Source: Clostridiaceae bacterium (GTDB lineage: Bacteria > Bacillota > Clostridia > TANB77 > CAG-508). Taken from it: a stretch of DNA of 64,000 bases. The translations under genes and the position numbers were made by a program. Below the pieces are notes generated by a model. That model ran no database searches. It saw only the letters and a list, made by a program, of their open reading frames with translations, and was not told the DNA's origin. Position 1 is the stretch's first letter, and each line of letters starts with the position of its first letter. The stretch spans positions 108,010 through 172,009 of the forward strand of contig JAETPW010000003.1 in the NCBI GenBank assembly GCA_021771025.1, given 5' to 3'. Shown here piece after piece: positions 40,491-51,143 of this stretch.

Positions 40491-41513
40491 ATGAAAAACA
40501 TTAAAGATTATTCATTAGATGAATTAAAAGAAGAATTAAAAGCAATAGGAGAAAAGCCATTTCGTGCAGAACAGATTTTTAAGTGGTTATACCAAGAAAA
40601 GGTGATTAGTTTTGAGGAAATGACGAATTTATCTTTAACCTTAAGAGAAAAATTAGTTCAAAACTATACTATGGATAATTTTGGCATTTTACAAAAGCAA
40701 GAATCTTCTGATGGTACCATTAAATATTTGTTTGATTTGCTAGATGGAAATGCTATCGAGACAGTGCTTATGAGTTATCACCATGGATATAGTATTTGCG
40801 TGTCTTCACAAGTAGGTTGCAAAATGGGATGTAAATTTTGCGCTTCAACAGGAATTAATTTTATCCGAAACTTAAGTAGTGGAGAGATTGTTGAGCAAAT
40901 ATTAGCGGTAGAACAAGATGCAGGGGTGACTATTTCTAATGTTGTGTTTATGGGAATTGGAGAACCATTAGATAACTATGATCATGTGGTAAAAGCGATT
41001 CGTTTGATTAATCATCCAAAGGGATTAAACATAGGAGCAAGACACATTAGTATTTCTACGAGTGGATTAGTTCCCAAAATTGAAGACTTAGCTAAAGAAA
41101 ATATTCAGTGCACTTTGTCGATTTCATTACATGCGACAACCAATGAAAAGAGAAGTGAAATGATGCCAGTAAATACGCGCTATCCTATTGAAGAATTATT
41201 AGAAGCCTGCCGAAATTATACCAAACTGACTCATCGTAGAATTTCATTTGAATATGCTCTGGCTAAAGATAAAAATGATAATTTAGAAGATGCTAAACGA
41301 TTAGTCAATTTATTAAAAGGGATGTTATGTCATGTTAATTTAATTCCCATTAACCCGATTGAAAAAGGAACTTTCAAAAAAGCAAGTAACGAAAACATTA
41401 TTCGCTTTCGTGACTACTTAAATGATCATGGAATCGTAGCTACGATCAGGAGAGAATTAGGGTCAGATATTGATGCTGCATGTGGTCAACTAAGAAGAAA
41501 AAACTTAACTTAA
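40491..41513 (+). CDS. rlmN: 23S rRNA/tRNA m2A methyltransferase RlmN
   Basis: CVSSQVGCKMGCKFCAS, FMGIGEPL, DIDAACGQL. Confidence 0.97.
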   Translation: MKNIKDYSLDELKEELKAIGEKPFRAEQIFKWLYQEKVISFEEMTNLSLTLREKLVQNYTMDNFGILQKQESSDGTIKYLFDLLDGNAIETVLMSYHHGYSICVSSQVGCKMGCKFCASTGINFIRNLSSGEIVEQILAVEQDAGVTISNVVFMGIGEPLDNYDHVVKAIRLINHPKGLNIGARHISISTSGLVPKIEDLAKENIQCTLSISLHATTNEKRSEMMPVNTRYPIEELLEACRNYTKLTHRRISFEYALAKDKNDNLEDAKRLVNLLKGMLCHVNLIPINPIEKGTFKKASNENIIRFRDYLNDHGIVATIRRELGSDIDAACGQLRRKNLT

Positions 41514-41633
41514 AAGAGAGGAGAAGGCTGGAAAATAATTTTCATCCATCCAGTCTAGGTAAGCGTTCAACGTTTACCAGTATAAGGGAAGGGGGAATAT
41601 GTTGGCTTTTAAAGCTAACATATGATAGGAAAA

Positions 41634-42434
41634 ATGGAAGCTAAACGTACAATACAAAATCGACAACGCTATCGTAGAAAAAAGGTTATGATAAGAATGG
41701 CAGTCTTAGGCATATTCTTCTTTACCATTGGATTTATGATAGGTCAATTAGGTCAAAATAAACCAAAAATAGATGAGCAAGACAAAACAGATCATCAAGA
41801 AAATGAGGAGAAAGTAGCCGAAGAACAAGTAGCAGAAATAGCTAGCCAAGTAAATCCAGCCCTTGACGATTGGCGATTGCGTTTAGCCAACAAGGATCAT
41901 ATTTTGCCTAGTGATTTTACTGTTGAACTAGCTAACATAGATAAAACAAGAAAATTTGATAGCAGAGCAATTGGCGATCTACAAGAAATGATGAATGACT
42001 TAAAAAGAGCAGGTTATACCAATATTTGGGTACAATCTTCCTATCGTAGTATAGCTGAACAAGAAAGATTATACAACAATCGAGTGAATATGTATATGAA
42101 AAAGGGAAAAACACAAAAAGAAGCAGAATCATTAACGCAAGAAACAATTAATAAGCCGGGAGCAAGCGATCATAATTTAGGGTTAGCCGTAGATTTTAAT
42201 GAAGTAACAACATCATTTGACCGATTAAAAGGGTATGAGTGGTTAGAAGAACATGCACAGGAGTATGGATTTATTTTACGTTATCCAGAAGACAAGGTAG
42301 AAATAACAGGAGTAACTTATGAACCATGGCACTGGCGTTATGTAGGACAAGAACATGCAAAAATAATCAAAGAAAAAGAATTATGCTTAGAAGAATATAT
42401 TGAGCTCTTAAAAAATCAAAAACAGCAAGTATAG
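41634..42434 (+). CDS. M15B (VanY/LdcB-like) carboxypeptidase, membrane anchored
   Basis: SSYRS, PGASDHNLGLAVD, YGFILRYP, YEPWHWRYVG; alternative start at 41622. Confidence 0.92.
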   Translation: MEAKRTIQNRQRYRRKKVMIRMAVLGIFFFTIGFMIGQLGQNKPKIDEQDKTDHQENEEKVAEEQVAEIASQVNPALDDWRLRLANKDHILPSDFTVELANIDKTRKFDSRAIGDLQEMMNDLKRAGYTNIWVQSSYRSIAEQERLYNNRVNMYMKKGKTQKEAESLTQETINKPGASDHNLGLAVDFNEVTTSFDRLKGYEWLEEHAQEYGFILRYPEDKVEITGVTYEPWHWRYVGQEHAKIIKEKELCLEEYIELLKNQKQQV

Positions 42435-42512
42435 AAAAAACTAAATATAATTTTACCAAAACATATTAGTCAATCATAAAAATAGGTTAAATAATTAACG
42501 AATAATACAAAT

Positions 42513-42566
42513 AAATTACCTTGTCATTCTAATTCACATAAATCAATTAGAATGACAGGGTAATTT
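42513..42566. terminator. Hairpin at the left edge of a low-GC island
   Basis: aaattaccttgtcattctaatt / aattagaatgacagggtaattt. Confidence 0.7.
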
Positions 42567-42764
42567 TAATTGTTAAAAAAAGCAAAATATTCTAATAAAA
42601 ATCGAAAAATCAAATAGAGAAATAACAAATTAAAATTTGAAATCATAAGTAAAAAACAGATAGAAACAAAGTGACATTTCTAAATAAAAAAAAGAGTGGT
42701 AACCTTTTTAAAAAAAATGGTAATATATAGATGAAGATATCTAAAAGGGAGTTCTAGAACTAAT

Positions 42765-43319
42765 ATGAGTAATAATAAAAAAATAAAACAGTATATAGCT
42801 AATCAGCAACTTGACATAGATAGTATTATCAATGAATTTACTCCTTATGTTTTTGTTATGATAAGAAATAGCAATTATCATTTTAATAATGAAGATATAG
42901 AGGAGATAGCATCAGATGTATTTCTTACTATATGGAAAAATAGTAATAAGTTGGATATCAATAAAGAAATATCTCCATATATAGCAGGAATAACTAAAAA
43001 TCTGATATTAAAAAAGAATAGAGAAATAAAATGTCAAAATGCAAATATAGATGAATTTGAAAACTTGTTATATAGTAAAAATGACGTCATAGTGCAAGTA
43101 GAAAATAATGACAGAAATACTATTATTTTAAAAGAAATAGCTAACATGAATAAAGAAGATAAAGAAATTTTCATCTATTACTACTATTATGCTAATGGAA
43201 TAAAAGAAATAGCAAAAAAATTAGATATATCCGAAAAAAAAGTAAAGTCAAGGCTATTTAGAATAAGAAAAAAATTAAAAAAAATATTAGAAAAAAGGGG
43301 GTACGGTTATGGAAGATAG
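42765..43319 (+). CDS. ECF sigma factor
   Basis: DIEEIASDVFLTIW (region 2), IKEIAKKLDISEKKVKSRLFR (region 4). Confidence 0.9.
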   Translation: MSNNKKIKQYIANQQLDIDSIINEFTPYVFVMIRNSNYHFNNEDIEEIASDVFLTIWKNSNKLDINKEISPYIAGITKNLILKKNREIKCQNANIDEFENLLYSKNDVIVQVENNDRNTIILKEIANMNKEDKEIFIYYYYYANGIKEIAKKLDISEKKVKSRLFRIRKKLKKILEKRGYGYGR

Positions 43320-44454
43320 TAAAATAATAGACAATATTAAGGAAAAAGCACAAATGAAAATAGCTATATCTAAATTCAAAGAGGAGGATAGAAAAATGCC
43401 TAAAATGAAAAATATCTCGAAAGTTGTAGCAACTGTTGCAATTACTATTGGGGTCACATCAGGACTTGTGTATGCAAGTAGTGTTGTATATGATAAAATT
43501 TGGAAAGAACCGAAAAGCTATACTATACAAAAAGAATTAAGTGATGAAGAAAAACAAAAATGTATAACAGAAGAAGAAGCTAGAAATGTAGGGAATCATT
43601 ATTTGAAAAAAATAGGAATTGATAACGAAACAATAAACAGGTTAAAATTAGAAAACGATTTTATCTCTGGTGATAATATATGGTCAATGTATTCAGAAAA
43701 AGTTTCATTGACTATTGATGGTACTACAGGAAATATTAAGCATGTTCTAATACCTACATGGGAATATAGAATCCCAGATAATTATGGAATAACAAGAGAA
43801 GAAGCAAGAAAAGTAGCAAGAGAACTATTAGAAAAATACAGACCTGAAAATGACAGTGGAGAATATAAGTTAGTGAGTCTAAAACGAAATTCAGAAGAAG
43901 ATAAAAGTGCATATATCTGGTATGCAGATTTTTATAAAAAATATGGAGACTTAGTAAATGAAAATGAACACATAAATATTGGATGGATACCAACGATAAA
44001 TGGATTATATTCATTAGACATAAAAAAGGATAAATACGAAAATAATGAAGAAAAAATAGCAAAAGAAGATGCAATAAAAATTGCCACAGAAAAAGATAGA
44101 ACAATAGAAAAAGAACATACAATAGTAGACAGCAGAGCAGAAATAAGAATAAAGCAAATGAATGAAAATGTATACTTAAGAGAGAATTTTAAAACCGAAT
44201 ATGAAAACGGAACTCTTAATTGGAAAAAGATAGGAGAAAACACATTCAAATTAAAAGATGATGCAATATTTTATAAAACTGAGGAAAGAGTAAGAAAAGT
44301 ATGGATGGTATTTCTTAAGTATGAAACCGAATGGGAAGGATACACTTATTATATTGACGCGACAACAGGAGAAATCATTGGAGGAGAACGTTTTAGTAGT
44401 TTTTGGTCAGAAGAAGGATTATTCAATGATGTAAATAATGTAATAGAAAAATAG
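43309..44454 (+). CDS. Putative anti-sigma factor with PepSY-like repeats
   Basis: Overlaps the sigma gene; one TM; IT.EEA..IA repeats; YYIDATTGEIIGG. Confidence 0.7.
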   Translation: MEDSKIIDNIKEKAQMKIAISKFKEEDRKMPKMKNISKVVATVAITIGVTSGLVYASSVVYDKIWKEPKSYTIQKELSDEEKQKCITEEEARNVGNHYLKKIGIDNETINRLKLENDFISGDNIWSMYSEKVSLTIDGTTGNIKHVLIPTWEYRIPDNYGITREEARKVARELLEKYRPENDSGEYKLVSLKRNSEEDKSAYIWYADFYKKYGDLVNENEHINIGWIPTINGLYSLDIKKDKYENNEEKIAKEDAIKIATEKDRTIEKEHTIVDSRAEIRIKQMNENVYLRENFKTEYENGTLNWKKIGENTFKLKDDAIFYKTEERVRKVWMVFLKYETEWEGYTYYIDATTGEIIGGERFSSFWSEEGLFNDVNNVIEK

Positions 44455-44712
44455 AAATGTAGTTTTTCTATATAGATATGTCAATAAAAAAATAACGAAA
44501 TAATGGTAAGAGTTAAATATTCATACAAAAAAATTGGACAAGAACTAAAAAGTAAAGCATTTCAAGAAACAAATAAATATAATTTTATAGATACTTTTTT
44601 AATTCCAAATCAAATAGGCATTAGGAAATAACTCTTATTATGCCATAAAATGAGAAATATACGAAAAATTAGGTATATAATTGAAAAAAGAAAGAGAGTG
44701 AGAAGAAAGATA

Positions 44713-45759
44713 ATGGGAATTCAAAATTCTAATTTAGAAGAACATATCATAAGAAAATTAGTAAAGGAAAACTACAAAATAGATGTTTTTAGAATAAAAA
44801 AAATTAATAGAGGAACAGCTAATATAGTTGAAGTAGAATCAAAAGAAAAAAAATACATTTTAAAGGAATTTAGTGAAGGAAGAACAGAAGAGTCAGTAAT
44901 AAAAGAAACAAGTATAATTAATTTTTTGAAAGATAAAAATATTAAAGTTCCTATTTATATTAAATCAACACAAGATAACTTTTATATCAAATTTGAAAAT
45001 AGAATAATAATCTTACAAGAATATGTTGATGGCTATACTATGGAAAATAACACAGGAGATTATAATGAAACAATTGAAAGTGCCAAAATACTTGGAAAAA
45101 TAACAAAGGAATTACAAAACTACATAGGACTAGAAGAAGATGGAATTATAGAAAAATGGTTCTCAAAAGAAAGTTTAGAAAATGGAATAACGAAAATGTT
45201 AGATTTAAAAAGTAAGCTAAACGAGAATAATCCATACAAATCAATATTTGAAAAAGATTTAGAAGATAAGATAAATATGTCAAAAGATTTAAAAGAAAAT
45301 TTTCAATTTGATAGGATAAAAAAAATGACCATAATGAATAGTCATGGGGATTATAGTGTACAGCAATTGATATATAATGATCAGGGAGAGACAACAGTAA
45401 TTGATTTTGAAACGGCAAAAAAGTTACCTATAATTTGGGAAGTAATAAGATCATATAGTTATATTGATAAAGAGGCTAAAAATGGGGAATTAAATATAGA
45501 TACATTAGTAGACTATGTCAAGGAATTTTCAAAATACGTAAAATTAAATGAGTATGATTTAAAATATGTAGCACAAATATATCTAATACAAATAGTAAGC
45601 AGTACATTTGGCTATAAACAATATAATGATAATTATGAAAAAACAGGCTTATTAGAATTTGCACTTTTTAGGACAAATTTGTGCAGATATTTATATAAAC
45701 ATACAGAAGAAATAAGTTCAAGATTACAAAAGGAAATTAAAAATGTTACTAAAGTATAA
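44713..45759 (+). CDS. APH/choline kinase-like phosphotransferase
   Basis: YILK, HGDY, VIDFE. Confidence 0.85.
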   Translation: MGIQNSNLEEHIIRKLVKENYKIDVFRIKKINRGTANIVEVESKEKKYILKEFSEGRTEESVIKETSIINFLKDKNIKVPIYIKSTQDNFYIKFENRIIILQEYVDGYTMENNTGDYNETIESAKILGKITKELQNYIGLEEDGIIEKWFSKESLENGITKMLDLKSKLNENNPYKSIFEKDLEDKINMSKDLKENFQFDRIKKMTIMNSHGDYSVQQLIYNDQGETTVIDFETAKKLPIIWEVIRSYSYIDKEAKNGELNIDTLVDYVKEFSKYVKLNEYDLKYVAQIYLIQIVSSTFGYKQYNDNYEKTGLLEFALFRTNLCRYLYKHTEEISSRLQKEIKNVTKV

Positions 45760-45966
45760 TAAAACAGAGGACAAAGGATGCAGATAAAATATAATGTTTT
45801 ATCCCATCTAATTTTGCTATTATTATATAATGTGGCGATGTTCTTAGGCTATTAACTGTAAAAGAGAGAAAAATTATTTAAAAGAGAAATAGATGGATTC
45901 TTGGTATTAGAATAGATATATGGACACATTTTATGAGAAAGTATATACTATAGATAAATGAAACAA

Positions 45967-46008
45967 CCTTGTCATTTTGATTAATCCATAATAATCAAAA
46001 TAACAAGG
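45967..46008. terminator. Hairpin at the right edge of the low-GC island, similar to 42513-42566
   Basis: ccttgtcattttgatta / taatcaaaataacaagg. Confidence 0.7.
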
Positions 46009-46066
46009 CGTTTTTAACTTCAAGAAAAGAATATCTCCATTTCTTATTTAACTTAGCATACAAATA

Positions 46067-47545
46067 CTATAAAATAATACAAATGAGTCCACCACTACCC
46101 TCATTAACAATACGTTCCAAAGTTTCCTGAAGCTTAATTTGAGCATCTTCAGGCATCTTAGAAAGTTTAGTTTGTAATCCTTCATTAACCAGTTCATGCA
46201 AGCTTTTTCCAAAAATATTCGATCCCCATATTTTTTTCGGATCACTTTCAAATTCAGATAACAAGTAATTCACCAATTCTTCTGATTGTTTTTCAGAACC
46301 AACAATAGGAGAAACCTCTGTTGTTACATTGGTACGAATCATGTGAATAGAAGGGGCCGTGGCCTTTAATTTAACTCCAAAGCGAGATCCTTGTTTCACC
46401 ATTTCTGGTTCATCTAAAATCAATTCATCCATAGAAGGGGTAACAATACCATACCCTTTAGCCTCTACTTCTTCTAAAGCGTAAGCAATTTTATCGTATT
46501 TTAATTTGGTTTGTGACAAATTAGCAATAATACTAAATAAATCGCCTTCATTTTGAACAGTAACTCCCGTCATTTCCGATAAAATTTGATAGAATAATTC
46601 TTCCTTAATATCAATACGAATTTTTACATTACCAGAACCAAGTTGAATATCTTCTACTTTTGTTTGATCAATAATTTCCGTTTGAGCAATTTTTTGGCTA
46701 CAAGAAGTAATATCTTTTAGAACAGAAACGTCAGAAAAAGCATCTTGGATTTCTTGCATCAATTCTGATTTTAGTGGATGAGTCAAATCTAAACCATCTA
46801 CCCAACGTGGGAATTTAATAGAAATTTGTTCAACAGGGAATTCATATAATACTTTAGAGAACATCATGTTGATATCATCAATACTCAAATCAGCACAGTT
46901 AACAGGAATAACTGTATTTTGGTATTTATCAGATAATTTTTCTGCTAATTCTTGTGCAAAAGAAGAATTAGGTTCCTCGGAATTTAGCAAAATAATAAAT
47001 GGTTTGTTTAATGCTTTTAGTTCAGAAACCACTCGTTCTTCTGCCTTGATGTAATCTTCTCTAGGAATATCAGTAATTGATCCATCTGTTGTGACCAAAA
47101 TGCCAATGGTAGAATGTTCGTCAATTACTTTTTTCGTACCAATTTCAGCTGCTTTTTCAAAAGGAATTTCTTCCTCTGACCAAGGCGTTTTTACCATTCT
47201 TGGCATGTCATCTTCCAAATAGCCAATGGCATTATCGACTAAATAACCAACACAATCCACTAAACGAGTTTTAAACGTTAAATTGTTATCCAAATTAATT
47301 TCAATTGCCTCATTAGGAACAAATTTTGGCTCTGTCGTCATAATTGTTTTTCCACCAGCACTTTGGGGAAGTTCATCTTTTGCACGTTCTTTTTTGTATT
47401 CATTGTCGATGTTCGGAATCACCAGTAAATCCATAAATTTTTTAATAAAAGTGGATTTCCCTGTTCGAACCGGACCAACAACTCCTACGTAAATATCACC
47501 ATCAGTCCTTTTTGCGATGTCTTCATACAATCTCGTATTTTCCAT
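46067..47545 (-). CDS. spoIVA: Stage IV sporulation protein A
   Basis: GVVGPVRTGKSTFIK, MTTEPKF, ends GGLICIIL; 492 aa. Confidence 0.99.
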   Translation of the reverse strand: MENTRLYEDIAKRTDGDIYVGVVGPVRTGKSTFIKKFMDLLVIPNIDNEYKKERAKDELPQSAGGKTIMTTEPKFVPNEAIEINLDNNLTFKTRLVDCVGYLVDNAIGYLEDDMPRMVKTPWSEEEIPFEKAAEIGTKKVIDEHSTIGILVTTDGSITDIPREDYIKAEERVVSELKALNKPFIILLNSEEPNSSFAQELAEKLSDKYQNTVIPVNCADLSIDDINMMFSKVLYEFPVEQISIKFPRWVDGLDLTHPLKSELMQEIQDAFSDVSVLKDITSCSQKIAQTEIIDQTKVEDIQLGSGNVKIRIDIKEELFYQILSEMTGVTVQNEGDLFSIIANLSQTKLKYDKIAYALEEVEAKGYGIVTPSMDELILDEPEMVKQGSRFGVKLKATAPSIHMIRTNVTTEVSPIVGSEKQSEELVNYLLSEFESDPKKIWGSNIFGKSLHELVNEGLQTKLSKMPEDAQIKLQETLERIVNEGSGGLICIIL

Positions 47546-47597
47546 CTATATACCTCCTTCAAAATCAAGAATATGTTTGTACGAAATTTCTTTAGTT

Positions 47598-47628
47598 AAT
47601 GTATATTTCTATTTTTCAAGGATATGAC
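47598..47628 (-). promoter_or_regulatory. sigmaE-like promoter of spoIVA
   Basis: GTCATATC...TATACATT on the minus strand. Confidence 0.55.
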
Positions 47629-47831
47629 AAGTTTTCAAAAATATTTGCATATGAACTGAATTTGTGATAAAATAACGCCATATGAACAAATTGACAATGG
47701 ATACTTACACACACTAAATCCAGCACAGAATGGTAGCAAACAATAACCAATTAGAAAGTAAATGAATAAGATAGAGTAAAATAAATAAGATTAGGAGAAA
47801 AATAACCGAATCTTAGGAAGGATGAACCAAT

Positions 47832-49088
47832 ATGGATAAATGGCAAGACACCATTGATTTATTAAAACAGTATCACCAAGAACATATTATTGATTGGTTA
47901 GAACAAGTAGATGAACAAAAACGCAAAGAATTAATGAATCAATTAAATGAAATTGACTTCCATGAAATGACAGAACTATACGAAAATACCAAAAAAGAAA
48001 TTGAATTTAAAGAAAATATAATTGAATCAATCCCATACATAGACAAAGAGAAATTAACCTTTGAACAAAAACAGCATTATGAAGAACTCGGCGAAACAGC
48101 AATCAGATCAGGTCATTATGCTGTAGTTACCATGGCAGGTGGGCAAGGCACTAGGCTTGAACATTTAGGACCAAAAGGAACCTTCAAACTAGATGTATAC
48201 GGAAAAGGTAAATATTTATTTGAAATCTTAGCCGAAAACTTAAAACAAGCAAATGAAAGCTATCAGACAACCATTCCTTGGTACATCATGACGAGCCAAG
48301 AAAATCATGAGCAAACACAAAAATTTTTAGCAAAACATAACTATTTTGGTTATCCAAAAGAAGAAGTGATTTTATTTAAACAAGGAGAATTACCTTTAAT
48401 TAGTACAGAAGGAAAATTGTTAATCGGAAAAGACCAAACCATAAAATTAGCATCCAATGGAAATGGAGGGGTTTATTCATCACTTCGTATATCAGGAGCC
48501 TTAGCTAACATGAAAGAAAAAGGAATAAAATGGATTTTTATTGGTGGAGTAGATAACGCTCTACTGAAAATGGCAGATACGATTCTTTTAGGAATGGCAA
48601 TAGAAGCCAAAGTACAAATTGCTGCTAAAACAGTAGTAAAAGCAAATCCACACGAACGTGTTGGCGTTTTTTGTAAAATGAATGGGCATCCAAAAGTAAT
48701 CGAATATACCGAACTACCAGAAAAAATGGCAGAAGAAGTTGACGAAAATGGAGAACTACGATATGGAGAATCCCACATCATGTGTAATCTTTATTCCATT
48801 GAGGCCATTGAAAAAATTAGTAAAGAACCATTAATTTATCATAGTGCACTCAAAAAAAATTCCTATTTAGATAGTAAAGGAAAAGAAGTAATCCCTACAG
48901 AACCAAACTCGTATAAATTTGAAGCTTTTATTTTTGATGGGTTTGAATTTTTTGATGATATTGCCTTATTAAGAGGAAAAAGAGAAGTAGATTTTGCTCC
49001 TGTAAAAAATAAAGAAGGAGTAGACAGCCCCAAAACAGCAAAAGAGTTATACGAAAAATTTTGGGAGAAAAATAGTAAAAACCAATAA
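47832..49088 (+). CDS. UDPGP type 1 family protein (UAP-like UDP-sugar pyrophosphorylase)
   Basis: MAGGQGTRL..GPKG, NGNGG, VDN, KFEAFIFD, FAPVKN. Confidence 0.92.
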   Translation: MDKWQDTIDLLKQYHQEHIIDWLEQVDEQKRKELMNQLNEIDFHEMTELYENTKKEIEFKENIIESIPYIDKEKLTFEQKQHYEELGETAIRSGHYAVVTMAGGQGTRLEHLGPKGTFKLDVYGKGKYLFEILAENLKQANESYQTTIPWYIMTSQENHEQTQKFLAKHNYFGYPKEEVILFKQGELPLISTEGKLLIGKDQTIKLASNGNGGVYSSLRISGALANMKEKGIKWIFIGGVDNALLKMADTILLGMAIEAKVQIAAKTVVKANPHERVGVFCKMNGHPKVIEYTELPEKMAEEVDENGELRYGESHIMCNLYSIEAIEKISKEPLIYHSALKKNSYLDSKGKEVIPTEPNSYKFEAFIFDGFEFFDDIALLRGKREVDFAPVKNKEGVDSPKTAKELYEKFWEKNSKNQ

Positions 49089-49178
49089 TCAAGAAAGAGA
49101 AATAACAAAAAATAAAATAGAAAAAAAGAAAGAAAGTAAAACAGCTAATAGAGAAATGTTTTACTTTCTTTCTTTTTG

Positions 49179-49553
49179 TTACATGGATTGATTTCCAGGA
49201 ATGAAATAATCCACTACACCATAGATTAATGCACCTATAATAGCAGCTATCCAAGAAATAGAATATCCTGCTACGAAAAATTGTGTTACGTATAAAGTAA
49301 TAGCAGCTAATGCAAAGCCAACAAATCCTTTACCGAAAGGACTAGCATGTAAGCCTGTAAACTTAGTAACAAGATAATCAATAACAGTTAAAACAACTGC
49401 TGCTATAATTAAAGTCCATATATTATTAATGGTAAATCCTGGTGTAAAAAATGCAGTAATAGCTAATACAACTGCTGCAGCAACAAGTCTTCCAACAATT
49501 TGCCATACAGTAGAAGTACCAGATTTTGCACGATTAACATCTGTGTTCGACAT
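49179..49553 (-). CDS. 4-TM phage-holin-family (YvlD-like) membrane protein
   Basis: FFTPGF.I, AAIIGALIYG. Confidence 0.75.
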   Translation of the reverse strand: MSNTDVNRAKSGTSTVWQIVGRLVAAAVVLAITAFFTPGFTINNIWTLIIAAVVLTVIDYLVTKFTGLHASPFGKGFVGFALAAITLYVTQFFVAGYSISWIAAIIGALIYGVVDYFIPGNQSM

Positions 49554-49792
49554 TTTCGTCTAACCTCCTTAGTTTTTAATCTTTTAAGCACATTTTTTTT
49601 CAAGGTTCTAATTTTAGTATGAACCAAAAAATAATAATTATTCAAAAAATTTAGTATAAAAAAGTTAAAAAATGTTAATCCTAAAAGAAAAAACAAAAAG
49701 GCTTTAAAAAGGTCAAAACCTTCTAGCCAAAAAAGGTTTCAAAAGGGTTAGAACTTTGTAGCTTATTAAAGCAAAGGAAGGAAGAATTTTAG

Positions 49793-50470
49793 ATGCTTAT
49801 CACTTTTTTTCGTGCCATTATTTTATACATTATCGTTTTAATTGTTATGAGACTTATGGGAAAACGTGAAATTGGACAATTGCAACCGTTTGAATTAGCC
49901 ATTTCCATTATGATTGCTGATCTTGCTTCCATTCCTATGACTGAAACAGGTGTACCTATATCTAATGGAATTATTCCGATTTTAGGATTATTGGTTATGC
50001 ACTTAGTTATTTCTATGGTTAATTTAAAAAGCTTAAAAGCAAGAGAGGTTATTTGTGGAAAACCAAGTATTTTAATTTATCGTGGAAAAATCGATGAAAA
50101 AGCATTAAAAAAAGAAAGATTTACCATTAATGAATTACAAGAACGTCTACGTGGAAATAATATTGTCAATCTTGGTGACGTAGAATATGCAATTCTTGAA
50201 ACGAGTGGAGAGGTAACGGTCATCCAAAAACCAGAAAAGAGAAATACTATTCCAGAAGATTTTAATATTACCCCTGATTATGAAGGAATTCCTTATGATT
50301 TAGTGGTAGATGGAAAAGTGATGAATCAAAATCTTCGTACTATTGGAAAAAATTATGCTTGGCTAAAAAAAGAAGTAGAAAAATTTGGCATGAAACCAGA
50401 AGAAGCTTTAGTTGTTACCTTAGATGGAAAAGGTCAAATTTTCTGCCAGAAAAAAGAAAAAGCAAGTTAG
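49793..50470 (+). CDS. DUF421 (YetF) family protein
   Basis: RLMGKREIGQLQPFEL, AILETSG. Confidence 0.93.
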   Translation: MLITFFRAIILYIIVLIVMRLMGKREIGQLQPFELAISIMIADLASIPMTETGVPISNGIIPILGLLVMHLVISMVNLKSLKAREVICGKPSILIYRGKIDEKALKKERFTINELQERLRGNNIVNLGDVEYAILETSGEVTVIQKPEKRNTIPEDFNITPDYEGIPYDLVVDGKVMNQNLRTIGKNYAWLKKEVEKFGMKPEEALVVTLDGKGQIFCQKKEKAS

Positions 50471-50488
50471 AAAAGGGGAGGAAAAATA

Positions 50489-50878
50489 ATGTGGAAAGAA
50501 GCAACCATTGTGATGATCATTATCCTTGCCATCTTATGGGGAAATTGGGTTACCGAAAATTACACTAAACAATCAGTAGAACTAATGACACAACAATTAG
50601 AAACAATTAAACAAGAAATGGGAGAAGAAGAAAAAGATCATTCATTATTAGTAAATCATATGGAAGAAATAGAAGAAAAATGGACTGATATTCACGATAA
50701 AATGGCCTATTACATTGAGCATGATGAATTAGAAAAAGTAGATACAGATTTAACAGCCATGAAAAGTTATATTCAAACAGAAGAATATGAAGAAGCAATA
50801 AGTGAATTAGATAAAGCAGTATTTTGCTTAAATCATATTGAAGAAAAATATATTTTAGAACTACAGAATATATTTTAA
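50489..50878 (+). CDS. DUF4363 family protein
   Basis: N-terminal TM, YYIEHDELEKV, ends LQNIF; follows DUF421. Confidence 0.85.
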   Translation: MWKEATIVMIIILAILWGNWVTENYTKQSVELMTQQLETIKQEMGEEEKDHSLLVNHMEEIEEKWTDIHDKMAYYIEHDELEKVDTDLTAMKSYIQTEEYEEAISELDKAVFCLNHIEEKYILELQNIF

Positions 50879-50963
50879 CGTATAATAGCCCCTCCAATAG
50901 GCACAGGATAGTTCCAAAGTGAGTCTACTGCCTAAGATCCTATTTAGAAATAGTTACTGGTTT

Positions 50964-51122
50964 GCGGAGTGAGTCCGCTCTGAACCAAAGTCCTCAGTGG
51001 TATCGAAACAATACCACTGAGGATTTTGGTTCAGAGCTACTTTAGGGTAAAACTAGTAGAAGGTTACCAATCACAACTTTCCTTTTTTCCTTCTATGAGT
51101 GAATAAGGTTGCGATTGGTAAC
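50964..51122. repeat. Cluster of long hairpins between convergent genes
   Basis: 27-bp IR 50977-51003 / 51011-51037 (one G.T); gttaccaatcacaac / gttgcgattggtaac. Confidence 0.85.
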
Positions 51123-51143
51123 ACTAAACTTTAAATTTTAAGA

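Noticed and set aside
41634-45759. VanY-like and APH-like genes as an antibiotic resistance cluster
   Set aside because: Both families have many non-resistance members; no van ligase or regulators are present
49179-49553. Holin as evidence of a prophage
   Set aside because: YvlD-like chromosomal family among sporulation-type genes; no phage genes nearby
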